Positions 52,055-63,705 of a DNA stretch of 64,000 bases are shown one piece after another. Location of the stretch: contig NW_024704743.1 in assembly GCF_018977255.1 (NCBI RefSeq), positions 54,252,001 through 54,316,000 on the forward strand, written 5' to 3'. How positions within the stretch are numbered: position 1 is the first letter of the stretch; each line of letters starts with the position of its first letter. Source of the DNA: Callorhinchus milii (Eukaryota). The position numbers were made by a program, and so were the translations under genes. The notes beneath the pieces were generated by a model that saw only the letters and a list, made by a program, of their open reading frames with translations, made no database searches and was not told the DNA's origin.

Positions 52055-52848
52055 CTACTGCTACTCCTCCAGCTGCAACTCCAGGTCCTCTGATGCTCTG
52101 TGAGCTTGAATGGCAGATTCAGGCCTGGATGAGCACAAACTTCTTGCAGCTAAATATTGACAAGATGGATGCCATACTCCTTGGACCCTGTCAGTGTCTT
52201 CTGTCCTGCAACTTCACGAGGCCAATCTGTCAACCTATGCTCAACATATGAGTTAGTTTCAACCCACAGTTGTCCTTCCTACTCCACATCCGGTCCCTGA
52301 CCAAGACCACCTTCCTCCACTTCCGCCACATTGCCCGCCTCCAAACATACCTTACCCCAGATGCAACCGAAACACTTGTCCACACATTCGTCACATCCCG
52401 ACTCGACCAAACTCTGCCGCCCGCACACTCACCCGCATTAAACTCCATACCGTCTTCACACCAGTTCTAGTTAGGCTCCACTGGCTCCCCATCACCAAAC
52501 AGATTGATTTCAAGATCCTTACACTCATCTTTAAATCCCTTCATGCCCTGGCAACTCGCTACCTCTCAAGGAGGCATCCCACCTGATGCCTCCGTTCGAC
52601 TGACTCTGGCCTCCTGCTTATCCATCGTGCCTTTTATTCCAGCATCAGTGGCTTCGATGTCAGCCACTATGTCCCGAAACTCTGGAACACTCTTCCTCTA
52701 TCTCTCCACCTTGTCCCCTGCATCCCCATCTTCAGGTCACACCTGAAGTCCTTCCTCTTCGACCATGCCTACAGTCATGTACCCCATCCCCCCGGCTGAT
52801 TGTGTCCTATATCAGGAGTGCTATATAAATGCAAGTTGTTGTTGTTGT
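52055..52848 (+). mobile_element. Degraded L2 3' fragment
   Basis: WMSTNFLQLNIDK; RHIARLQTYLTPDATETLVHTFVTSRLD; (gtt)n tail. Confidence 0.88.
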
Positions 52849-53044
52849 CGATGGGCGACTTCTGAAAGTGGGCTTAGTGCCGTGGAGCCATGGAATCATT
52901 GTTAATTCACCACTCTTTCTTTCCCATTAATGAGAAATACCAAAAGAAAAGTATTAACACTTTAAATAGACTGTTTCAATAAATATGATTTATTGTATAA
53001 CATTTAATATATCAAAGTCTCTATTAAAAATACATTAAACTTGA

Positions 53045-53410
53045 AAGATTGTTTAAAAGATGAGATGTTTAAGATTATGAAAGGATTTAATAAATTGGAT
53101 GTTAATGGGCTGTTTTCACTTATTGGTGAATCTAAAACAAGGAGCATATATCTAAGTAACAGATGTAAGCAGGAGTTTAGGAGAACTTTTTTCCTGCAAA
53201 GGGTAGTGATAATGTGGAACTCACAGCCAGAAACTGTGGTTGAAACAGTTTTGAGGGAAAACTTGAAGCATATATGAGAGAGAAGGGAATTGAGTGGCAT
53301 AGGAGATGGGAATAAGAAAGGTGGAATCTCTTATTGGGTATAAACAATTGCATGGACTAGTTGGGTCAAATGGCCTGTTTTTGTATCGTACCATTCTATG
53401 TAATTCTAAA
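53045..53410 (+). mobile_element. CR1 3' fragment
   Basis: EMFKIMKGFNKLD...RRTFFLQRVVIMWNS; 3' UTR tggcctgtttttgtatcgtaccattctatg. Confidence 0.88.
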
Positions 53411-53466
53411 TTATTGGCAAATTAACAAGAGCAAAGAGTAAAATATGCCATTAAAGCCTATGTTTT

Positions 53467-53851
53467 GGAGTCCTGTAACTTAGTGGTTAGAGCACTCGCC
53501 TTGCAAGCGAGAGGACCTAGGTTCGATTCCCGGGCAGCGCAAAACGTTGGGCAAGTTTCCTTACTCCACATGCCTCTGTTTATCCAGCAGTGAGTAGGAA
53601 TCCGGTTGTTAGTCTATTGGAGGATCGCGTTTTCAGGGGTAACAATCCCTTCAACAAAGAATGAAATATATAAATAATAGTAATTTGGTCACTCAATCCA
53701 CGATTGTTTGTGGGAGACTGCTGTGTGCAATTGGCTGCCATGCTTCACCCACAAAATAGTCAATTCGCTTTACAGTATATTCTGTGAAGCGCTTTGAGAC
53801 GTCTCAAAGATGTGATAAGGCAATATATCAAATGCAAGGATTATTATTATT
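53467..53851 (+). mobile_element. tRNA-headed SINE, long form
   Basis: B box ggttcgattcc, extra central segment and tail. Confidence 0.92.
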
Positions 53852-54419
53852 ATGTGCTCCACATCTATGTCATACAAAGCACAACAGGGTAAATGTTAAA
53901 CAAATAAACAGAAATATAAACATGTTCCAGTTAATGACTGCAAGCATTCTAAGAATTGAAATAATGATACATTTATGATAATCGTTGTCACAAGTGCAGC
54001 AGTTCATTGTAGGTCTGCCTTCAAGTTTGTTAGTTAGGATACTGGGAGAATAGTGGTATGGGATCTTTGCCTACAAAATACACTGTTCGGGGCACTTACA
54101 GTAAATTCTGTAAAGCACTTTGTGACGTTCTTCTGCGTGTAAGGTGCTACATCAAAAATACAAGGTCTATTAGCTTTAATGTCCATCTGAACAGGTAGAT
54201 GAGATCTCAGTTTAATGTTGAAGGATGCATCTTGGAAAATGCAGTGGAAAGTTGCAGCCTTTTCCCAGCACTGAACTGAACTGAACTATAAGCTCCCACT
54301 CTCTTGCTATAAAGCAAATAAATGCAAATGATCAGTATCTGAACTGTTGTTTTTAATTCAGGTTGAGAAACACTGGACAACAGGCAAAACGTACAAGACT
54401 GGACTTGACACAATAAGTA

Positions 54420-54780
54420 TTGGAAACTGGGTGTCTGCACACACTGTCCTTTCACCTTTGCGGCCCACCCTTCAATCCCATCCAGACTGATGGGATGAAA
54501 GTCTTCACTCTATAATCACTCCGAGAGTTATACATGAAATAGTCTGGCAGCTTGAACCCAGTTCCTGGCGGTGGCAAGTCTACAGGCAGAACTGCCTGCA
54601 ATTCAGCAACATTTGGTGCTAAATTGTTAAGGCAAATTGTTGGGGGCAAAGTAAACGAACATTACTCTACATCTGGATCGTGCAGTACCTGACCTGGGAG
54701 TACTTGATTTTGACACTGGGTGACAGAAAGTGGAGCAAAAAAGTTCTTGTCCCTAGCAACCAGCACTTTCACTTTTAAAG
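54420..54780 (+). mobile_element. LF-SINE-like ancient SINE
   Basis: cctttcacct...aatccca...gaaagtc...catgaaatagtctgg...ccagttcctggcgg...gtgcagtacctg is colinear with the recalled LF-SINE consensus. Confidence 0.5.
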
Positions 54781-56814
54781 ATCATCGCATTTACCCCCAG
54801 TTAAAAAAACACTACCTGCAGAAGTTTATGCGGAACAGAAAAGAGCACAAGCCCACGTGGAGCAAACACTGAACACAAAGAACCTGGCACAGTAATACAG
54901 CACAGCAAGACTCCCAGCACACAAAGATTTTTTTTCAAAAAAATGACGAGAGACTTGGCAACAGCGGGTACATGGAAAATTAGAAAAATGGAATCAGATA
55001 AACTCTTGAGATTCTCCACTGAGCCTCTTATTAGATCAAATCACTCAATAATTGCAGAGGGTTTGCTGCAATACCACTAGAATTGGCACCATGAGCTCAG
55101 GAGGCATTGTGCACCCGTTGGTTCTGTTTGGGATTACAGTACATGCTGGTGAGGTTTGCCATTATAATCATGTGACACTCTGCTTAACACCAGCTGGAAT
55201 TTCAGCCCACTGATAATGTTTCAGTGAAACTAGCTTTGTTTATTGAATCCAGTGGAAGGCCATTCTGACACACTTTGTTATCAGACATGCGCAGGAAGCG
55301 ACAATGCACAACTTATCCTAATCATACCAGTAGGCTTGGCTGTACATTGAGCCACGTAAAACCTATTTTACTCATGCTTGTAAGTTTGGTTATACATTGC
55401 GAGTCCGGCAGCTTTCTGCATATGAATTTTAACATGACTTTACTGCACCCATTCTGTCACCTGGGGGGAAGCATTGTATTGATAACTCCCTGAACCCCAA
55501 AGACAATCAAATATAAACTCCAGAATATTCAGAATATTAATTCATTCCAACATCCATTTCCTTGTAAATACACAGTCACTACTCTTCACAGTAAATCCTG
55601 TGAAGCACTGTGAGATGGCTCGACGATATGATAAAACACTCCATCAAAGCATTATTATTATTATTATTCCCACATCTCCATGATAATTTTATTCGCAACT
55701 GTTGTGTGCTGTGGACTATGTCTTCATTTCATTCTGCACCTACCCCTATAGCCAAACGTGTAATGAATTAACTTTGAACCTTTTAAAACTGATGGGCCCA
55801 CTGAATTAATTTAGCATACATACACACCCTCACATCCTCTCTGGAGGAACAGTTGTGTTTAAGGTCAGAATGCCTCAGAATATTGATGTTCGTATCTTGC
55901 ATGTTGTACAAAAATATCCCAGAGCATGCTCTGAGCAGCACAGATTTCATGGTTTCAGGTTGTCAAAGATAAATAAATGTTAATCACATAATAATTCATG
56001 TTTCTCAGAGAATGTCTTACATACAGATACTGAAAGGCACAGATGCCAGGCCACTTAAATTCTTAAGCACAGATTGCAAAACAGATCCTTATATGATTTG
56101 CCCGTTTGATGCGTAAATCCCACCAGATACTATATCACAATCTCTTTATTTTGATTCTTTGATCTCAGTTGGTTGGAGCCTGTCACACTGTATGTTGACT
56201 CTGCTCCTGGGAGGGGGTTGGTAGGGGAAATAATCGTATCTCCTTGGAGCTGAGTTGGCTCTAAGGTCATATTGTTGGCAAGAATGTTGGAATTGTGTCC
56301 ATCGATAATTTTGTCCAGGGCACTGCTGATGACAACACAGTCAGCCTGGCTCATTGGTAGGACTTGGAAGGGCAGAGCAGTCACTGGGAGCAGGGAATCC
56401 TCCCACGCAGCTCTTGTTAACCCTGCAAACCAAAGCCCTAACAGGTAGGGTGGTCCCATCTGGACAAACAGCAGAACGTTGCCAGCCACCCCCTGCATGT
56501 GCCACAACCTCCCACCCCACCACCATCTCCCCCAAAAAAGAAGCAGTTGCTCCAAGAATTGTTCCATTCTTTCCCCAGTGGGGTCTAACAATGTGGTAAT
56601 TGGTAAAAGGAGCGCAATATCAGCTAGGGCATCATGCTGACCCGTGGGAACCAGTGGAAGTCAACTGGGAAGAAGCGACATTCACATGGTAATGTTACAA
56701 ACTTCCAGTTACCACCAGAGCTGTTATTTGTAACTCAGAGTCGCCATGAACAATCCTTGTTGTAAAGTGTCACACATTAGACCCCAGTGCCTGATCACAA
56801 CAGTACTGTGTTTC

Positions 56815-57380
56815 AAAACTGATTCCCCCTCAGCCAATTTTCTCTTCTCATCTCCTGACTCATGCTGGGTACAGGTCCATAAATGCTGGTCACTCTCATG
56901 TACTTCACTCAAGTGGCCCTTCCCTGCAATGTAAGTCGAAGCAATGAATGTCTGCCCGTAATCTAAGGCGAGTGTCACAGCAGTGCCAAATTATGCTCAA
57001 TATCCACACAAGGGAATTTTGCAGAAGAGGCAGTTGAAAGCAATTGCAAGGGAATCCAAGGCTGATGTTCCCTTCCTAATCCAGAGGTGTTAAGGCCAAT
57101 AGTAGAGGCTCAAAAAGCAAATTACTGCAGAGGAAATCTGAAATATTGTTCTGATGAGTTCTAACAAAAGATCATCGACCTGAAACGTTAACTCATTTTC
57201 CTCTCTCCATAGATACTGCCTGACCTACTGCATGTTCCCAGCAACTTCTGTTTTTATTATAGCAGCGGTTCCCTTGTCCAATTCTGCTCTGGATGAGATC
57301 AGCTGTCTCAGCAGAGAACGGGGGATTGAACTTGGATCCTTCTATATGGCTCAGTTTCACACTACAAAGTAGTCATGTCA
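56815..57380 (-). mobile_element. AmnSINE2-like element interrupted by a Penelope-type fragment (about 57111-57258)
   Basis: ggctgatgttcccttccta...aaggccaatagtag | insert | ...gagatcagctgtctcagca. Confidence 0.6.
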
Positions 57381-57482
57381 ACAGAGGCATCAAAGGGATA
57401 CATTGCTGGCTTTGTAGAGTAAAGATGTATCTTCAAAGTTTTCTTTTTTTTTATTTTGCTGTATTTTTCTTGTTCTTCTGAA

Positions 57483-57631
57483 GTGGGACATTGCTGTGCG
57501 CAATTGGCTGCCGCGTTCGCCCACAAATATACAGTCAATTCACTTTACAGTTGTTCTGTGAAGCGCTTTGGGATGTCCTCCCGACGTGAAAAGCGCTATA
57601 TCAAATGTAAGGATTATTATTATTATTATTA
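57483..57631 (+). mobile_element. Young SINE 3' fragment
   Basis: Near-identical to 58829-58970. Confidence 0.9.
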
Positions 57632-57639
57632 TGTCACCT

Positions 57640-58102
57640 CCTTGCTCTAGCTCAGTCTCAATGGTACTGATATTGCAGCAGCTTAGTTCAGTTTGTAGCC
57701 TCTTAATCATAAAATTGTGGGATCAAGCTCCATGTCGGGACTTTGAAATTATATATTCTAGGCTGACACTCCAATGCAGTCCTGGGGTGTGCTGCATTGT
57801 TGGAGGTTCCATCCTTCAGATGAAATATTGAACCAAGGTCCCATCTGCCTGTTCAGGGTGACTTTAAAGATCCCTGATACTAATCAAAAAGAAAAGGAAG
57901 TTTCTCTCACTATCCTGTCAACAATCACCAAAATAAAATTAGTCATTCACTTCATGGCTGTTTGTGGGACATTGCTCTGTACAATAATAATTGGCTGCTG
58001 CATTCACCTATAAAATACACAGTCATTACACTATGCAGTGTACTCTGTGAAGCGCTTTGATGTGTCCTTTAGAATACATCAAATGTAAGGATTATTATTA
58101 TT
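57640..58102 (+). mobile_element. Old Deu-domain SINE
   Basis: ctaggctgacactccaatgcag...gtgctgcattgttggagg...tttgtgggacattgc. Confidence 0.85.
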
Positions 58103-58656
58103 TTAGTGTCACTTATGCTGTTCCAAACTTCCCACAGAGCTCTCACTGTGTCTGTGCCTTTGTCATTGTTGTGATAAATGAATCCTCTGTACCAGCTTGC
58201 ATGAAGATTTTTAAAAGTTGAAGTAATTACCTGCTGATATTGATCTATCAGCTAAAGTCCTTCATCAAGAATCTTCAGCAGGAGGGGCTAATGCTCCTGC
58301 ATTAACCTCATTCCTGGGCAAGAATGAAGATGAAAGTTAAAAAAGTAATCAAGAAAAGCTAAACAAAGTCCAAGAAAAATGATAGGCTTTTGTGCCTCCA
58401 GCAAGATCTGTGTAACTTTCCAGTGTTGACAGCTTTGGATTATTACTGGTGGATTCAAAGAATGAGTTAGTTACTTAAACTCTGAGAGTTGTAGACTGAA
58501 TGTGATTCTAACTGAATTTCTCAAAATTGATTGTTCATGAGACAGCTTTGGTCTGTAATGGGAAGATAGTAGAGTTGGTTTCTGGACAGATGAAATGAAA
58601 TTGGCAAAAGGGCCTTCTTCATCCAAATCCCTCTTATGTCTTGTGAACCATGTCTT

Positions 58657-58988
58657 GTGGAGTCCTGTAGCTCAGTGGTTAGAGCACTCGCTTTGCAAGC
58701 GAGAGACCTGAGTTCAATTCCAGGCAGGGCGAAACCTTGGGCAAGTTTCTTTACTCCACACGCCTAATAATAATCCCTCCAAAACCAAAAACAATAATAA
58801 ATTGGTCATTTTCAATCTACGACTGTTTGTGGGACATTGCTGTGCGCAATTGGCTGCCCCGTTCGTCCACAACTATACAGTCAATTCACTTTACAGTGTG
58901 TTCTGTGAAGCGCTTTGGGATGTCCTCCCGACGTGAAAAGCGCTATATCAAATGCAAGGATTATTATTATTTTTATTATTATTATTAT
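58657..58988 (+). mobile_element. Young tRNA-Ala-headed SINE, short form, full length
   Basis: Closest copy to the apparent consensus; TGC anticodon, ctccc tail loop and (tta)n. Confidence 0.95.
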
Positions 58989-59039
58989 AACTACTGCCAT
59001 TCATTAACAGGCTGTATGAAACTCCAACTCAGAACATTC

Positions 59040-59410
59040 AGGGTTGTGAGCTTAAGCCTCATGCCAGGATCCATGTGTAGACTGATACTCCATTGCAGTA
59101 ATGTTTATTATTATTATTATTATTATGTTGTATTGTCAGAGATGCCATCTTTTGGACTAAATGTTAAAGCAAGGTACTGGTTGGCTGTTCAGGTAGACAT
59201 TAAAGATTCCTTAACAGTATTTCAAAAGAAAAGGGAGTTTCTACCAGTGTCCTGATCGACCATTCACTAGATTAATTAGTCATTCGCTTCATGGTTGTTT
59301 GAGGAATGTTTCTGGAACAAACAGCTGTCATGTCAATAACTTTGACAGTAAATCCCAGTGAAGCACATTTAGGTATTCAATGTGATAGGGGCTTTAAAAA
59401 TAGAAGATCT
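59040..59410 (+). mobile_element. Old Deu-domain SINE
   Basis: ctgttcaggtagacattaaagattcc...aaaagggagtttc. Confidence 0.7.
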
Positions 59411-60294
59411 TATGTGAACCTCAATAGAGAGAGATAAATATCTTCCATGGTCAAAGACACTCCATTGAAGGATATCACAGCCAAGTCTGATCCTTTATGT
59501 ATGTTTTAAACTGGTCATTTGACAGTGTCAACGAGAGGTGATAATGTCTGATTTCTCTCCTCACCAGACCAGAGTACTGGATTAGAATGCTATTACCATC
59601 ACCTGAGATGAGATCATATAACTCAGCACAAGCCAGGGATTGTGTCTGAGACGGTCTAGATTGATCAATAGTCACTTGGGTGATGTACTGTATCTAGGAC
59701 AGCTTGGTGCCTGTGGAACCTCACTGCTCAATATCACACATCAGTTTATGAAATGAAGAAGTGGGTAGGGGAAGGAGGGAATCAAATGGGGATCATTGGC
59801 AATGAAAGGAGAGGTTGTAGTGTTGTTTCTCTCCTAGAAACACCCAACTATTTGGGCAGTGTAATCACAATGTGTCTTTTTCGCTCCTTCAATGCAATTG
59901 TATTCCTGTTTACAGTTGAGAGTTATTAGTCAAAGATAGGATATCTGAGTCATGACAACTTCCTGTTGACATCATTCTGCTTATTTATACAATGAACATC
60001 ACAGGTAATCGATCTTTAGACCTATGTGGATTCAAGTTAGAATTTAAGTTTGGGGTGATAATTTATAAAATAGTATTTTTCCAACATTTAATAATTTTTT
60101 GCATTAGTGTAGCCACTTCAAGACATGTCTGCACTGTTTTTTAATGGTGCAAATATAAGGTCCTCCTATCCAGAGTACGCCTGGGGAGGAATTACATCTA
60201 GGCCTAGATTTAATTTATTTATGTAGCATCCAGGATTTAGTAAATTATTGAATTCAGTCTTAGCTTTGAAGGTGTTTTTCTGTACTTCTTCAAA

Positions 60295-60595
60295 ATAATA
60301 ATATAATAATTCTTGCATTTGATGTAGTACTTTTCATGTCGAGAGGATGTCTCAAAGCACTTCCCAGTATTCTTAGTGTAAGTGTAATGACTGTGTATTG
60401 TAGGTGAACGCGGCAGCCAATTTGCACACACCTATGGCACACAAACAACAATGAAGTAAATGAACAGTTTTATTTGGGGGATAGATGGCCAGGACATCAG
60501 GAGAAACTCACTTCTCTTTTTGCATCAAGCCTGGGATCTTTAACATCAACCTGCACAGCAGATGGGACCTAGATTTAACGTGTCATGAAAGGACA
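60295..60595 (-). mobile_element. Old Deu-domain SINE
   Basis: ggtgaacgcggcagccaatttgcacac...tggccaggacatcaggagaaactc. Confidence 0.8.
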
Positions 60596-61098
60596 TATAT
60601 AAATTTACAGAAAACTGCTTGAAAATTAAGGCTGAGTTTAAGAAATTGCCAGGTTTTGGATGCTCTATAAAATATTATAAACAGAGTAAATCTAGATGCA
60701 GGTAGAATTTGTCTGCAAACGTGTTATTAGAGCATGTTTATTTAATCGTCTAATCTAAGATTCTAAGGTATCTGGCAGAATATCATTGTGACCTAAAGAA
60801 AACAGCAGTTTTATTTCTTAACACAATACTCACAACAGCAAATACTGGTGATGTTATATAACCCAGAGGGAATACAGTTCAATGGATGGAAAGGGGAGAG
60901 AGTTGAAGCTTATTCTCCAAATAGTAACCTGAAAGCATTTGGGACAGAATAACAGAGATTTAAGAGGGAAAAAACAGTCTTTTTGACCATATCACCCATG
61001 ATGGTAACACTCATTGGCTACTGTGGAAGAATAAATTATGTTGGCAAAGAGTTATAATATCAACATTCATTTATATGAATTGAAATTTCCCACCTTAC

Positions 61099-61153
61099 CT
61101 ACTGGGAGTAAGCAACATGTTCCACTCAATGACTTCTTTCCCAATCCGCACAG
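61099..61153 (-). CDS. Candidate exon (55 nt); LCGLGKKSLSGTCCLLPV(G), alternative frame VRIGKEVIEWNMLLTPS
   Basis: Acceptor ccattttcctctgattatcag and donor TAG|gtaagg, in non-repeat DNA. Confidence 0.5.
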
Positions 61154-61247
61154 CTGATAATCAGAGGAAAATGGCATTGAGATAAAACACAAGATATGCG
61201 GTAAATTATCAGTTGAAATTCTTCCATTTGTTAAAAGCAGAAGTAAA

Positions 61248-61710
61248 GCAGCCCGTGTCCTCTCCCGCACCAAACTCCATGACCCCATCTCCTCCATTCT
61301 CGCCTGATTCCATTGGCTCCCTATCCTTCAGAAGATCCAGTTCAAGGTTCTGGTCCTCAGCTACAAAGCCCTTTATGGCCTCGCCCCACCCTACCTCTGC
61401 GACCTCCTAACTGCCTACCAACCCACCTGCTCCTTCCGCTCAGCCAGCTCCGGCCTGCTCCATGTCCCCCGACTCACCATTGGTGGGAGAGCCTTCAGCC
61501 ACTCATCCCCCAATCACTTCACCTCACCCTCTCCTTAGCCTCCTTCAAGTCCTGCCTCAAAATCCTCCTCTTCGACCATGCCATCGGTCACCCACCTTCC
61601 CCTCCCTTCTCCCACCCTGACCTCAGCTCAGGTCTGAAATGCTGTACTCTGTCCAGCACCTTGGGACTTCCTCCCGATGTGAAAGGCGCTATACAAATGT
61701 AATCTTGTTT
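61248..61710 (+). mobile_element. L2 family A 3' fragment
   Basis: Closely matches 8698-9186. Confidence 0.93.
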
Positions 61711-62859
61711 TTTAATCATCATACTGAAGTTATATGCATGAAATGTTACGAGTTGAAGAGAATTTGTTTACTATAGCAGGATCGTAGGTGCCAATGAGGA
61801 GGTACCTGCAGGTGCCTCGGGAGGATGGTTTGCATAGCACAAGATCGCAAGAATGGTTTGGATGAAGAGGTCCTTTGATCCATAACTGCTTTTTGTCAAT
61901 GGACTACTCCTCAGTTCCCTTTTGACCCTGTTATAAAAAAGAAACTTTTTATTGTAACTTGGAGTCCAATATTAGACTTTAATTTAAAATTTCTAAAGTG
62001 TTGAATATGAATTACTTGGGTATATGAGAGGCAAATTCCCAACACTGTTTTTAATGCTGATGTCTGAGAAGCTCACATAGCACACAAGTCACTTCACTTT
62101 ACTGTCAATCCCATGAAGCACTTCGAGCCATTCTCCTGATATGAAAGGAACCAAATCAAATGTAATGACAATAAGGACAAAGTGGGTCACACATTCAAAT
62201 GCTGGGAAATAGGATTGTGACTTTATATGAGTTCTTCAATAATAATTCTTGTTTTTGATACAGTACCTAAAATGTCCAAGCATTGACAAAATGCTACACA
62301 AAGTTTTTTGTAAAGTGTAGTGACTGCATATTTGTATGCCATTTAGGTGACAGTTTTAACAGTCAGCAGTGTATGAAGGAAAAAACATGCATTTTTATAA
62401 AGCTTTATCATCTTGAAATATAAAGAAGTATAAATATATGTTTAAATAAAACAAAAATTTCACAGGTAATGTAGTGCCATAACTCATTTTTTTTAGGTAA
62501 ACATGATAACTATTTGCTCCAGCAAATTCCTACAAGTAAACCTGAGATAAATGACCTATTAATATGGAGCATTGACGGGTAGGACACCAGGAAAAACTCT
62601 CATGGTGTCACGAGATCTTTAAAGTCCCCTGAAGAATAGGCAGATGGTACCTTGGTATAACATCTCATCTAAAAGGCAGCACTTCTGGCATTCAGAGCCT
62701 CCTCTGCCATCCCGACCCCAACCCCTACATGCAATAGTGGAATAGATTGTCAGCCCAGACTGTGAGCTCATGTCTCGATATGAAGACAGGGTATTGGAAA
62801 GCTGCTGACTCCAACAGAACTGTAATCAGAGTGAATCACTAGGAAATGACGGGGAGAAA

Positions 62860-63080
62860 ATTGAGAAGAAAAGAAAACATGTCCATTTCAGGTAGAACTA
62901 GATTTAATGAAAGGGATGAGAAGATGTTTTTTCTCCACTAAGTAGCAGATATGTGGAATACACTTCTCGTAAAATTAATTAATACTGAGTTGAACGGTAC
63001 TGTTAAGAACAGTATTAGAGGATGCATAGATTGACCGAGACTGAACTGAACAAATGCTCCAAGGTACACAATGTTTTAAT
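62860..63080 (+). mobile_element. CR1 3' fragment
   Basis: gatgttttttctccactaagagtagcagatatgtggaatacact. Confidence 0.55.
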
Positions 63081-63643
63081 GCTGTTTGGATCAGGGATTG
63101 AGAAGAGGGGAAGTTAGGGAAGGAGAGAAGAAGGAATAGCAGGGAGGAGGGTAGAAGAAGGAGCAATGGTGGGGGGCAGGTTAGAATGAGGGCAGGAGAC
63201 TAAAGACCATTGTTTTTAATTTGATGAATGGACACATTTTGCAAAGTCCTTAAACCCAGTCTTAATTTGGAAGCCCATTTCTGCATTTTATCAGAAAGAT
63301 GTAAAGTGCTGGCCTCTAAATTAGAACTGGATTTAAGAATTTTCTAAAATGTTGCCCGATATTATATTTTAAGGCAATGGTACTAAGGCTAAAGCTGTGA
63401 GAATTTTTAAGGACTCAGCTGCACAAAGCGAATTACATGCAAAATGTATATGTGTAAAATTGCAATAGATAAGGACATTTTTTGTTTTCAATGTTGTTAT
63501 GGGTTTGATTGCTGTTTAAGAGACGGAACCTTTTTGGAAAGGGAGAGTTTCTGAAAGAAATGTCCATAAACTGATACCAAATGCACAGTGTAAACTATCA
63601 AGGTGAATGCCTGCTTGATTAGTTCATGTAGGCAAGACCTTAC

Positions 63644-63705
63644 CCACAGGGCGATTTCCAACTGTAGTCCCTCAAGCAGACACTTTAAGCATGTATCAAA
63701 CAAAT
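63644..63705 (-). CDS. Candidate exon 1 in window (62 nt) of an unidentified micro-exon gene; (D)LFDTCLKCLLEGLQLEIALW
   Basis: Good donor TGG|gtaagg, weak acceptor gtaactgacag. Only one frame is open; it ends in phase 0, compatible with exon 61099-61153. Confidence 0.3.

Noticed and set aside
56130..56591. 153-aa minus-strand ORF
   Set aside because: Overlaps the unnamed dispersed repeat; no recognisable domain or splice support.
58636..58659. Direct repeat atgtcttgtg before the SINE as a TSD
   Set aside because: Both copies are on the same side; more likely the short terminal repeats of a preceding CR1 tail.
58657..58735. tRNA-Ala genes
   Set aside because: Always fused to a SINE body, with mutated T arms in many copies and no G3:U70 pair; treated as SINE heads.
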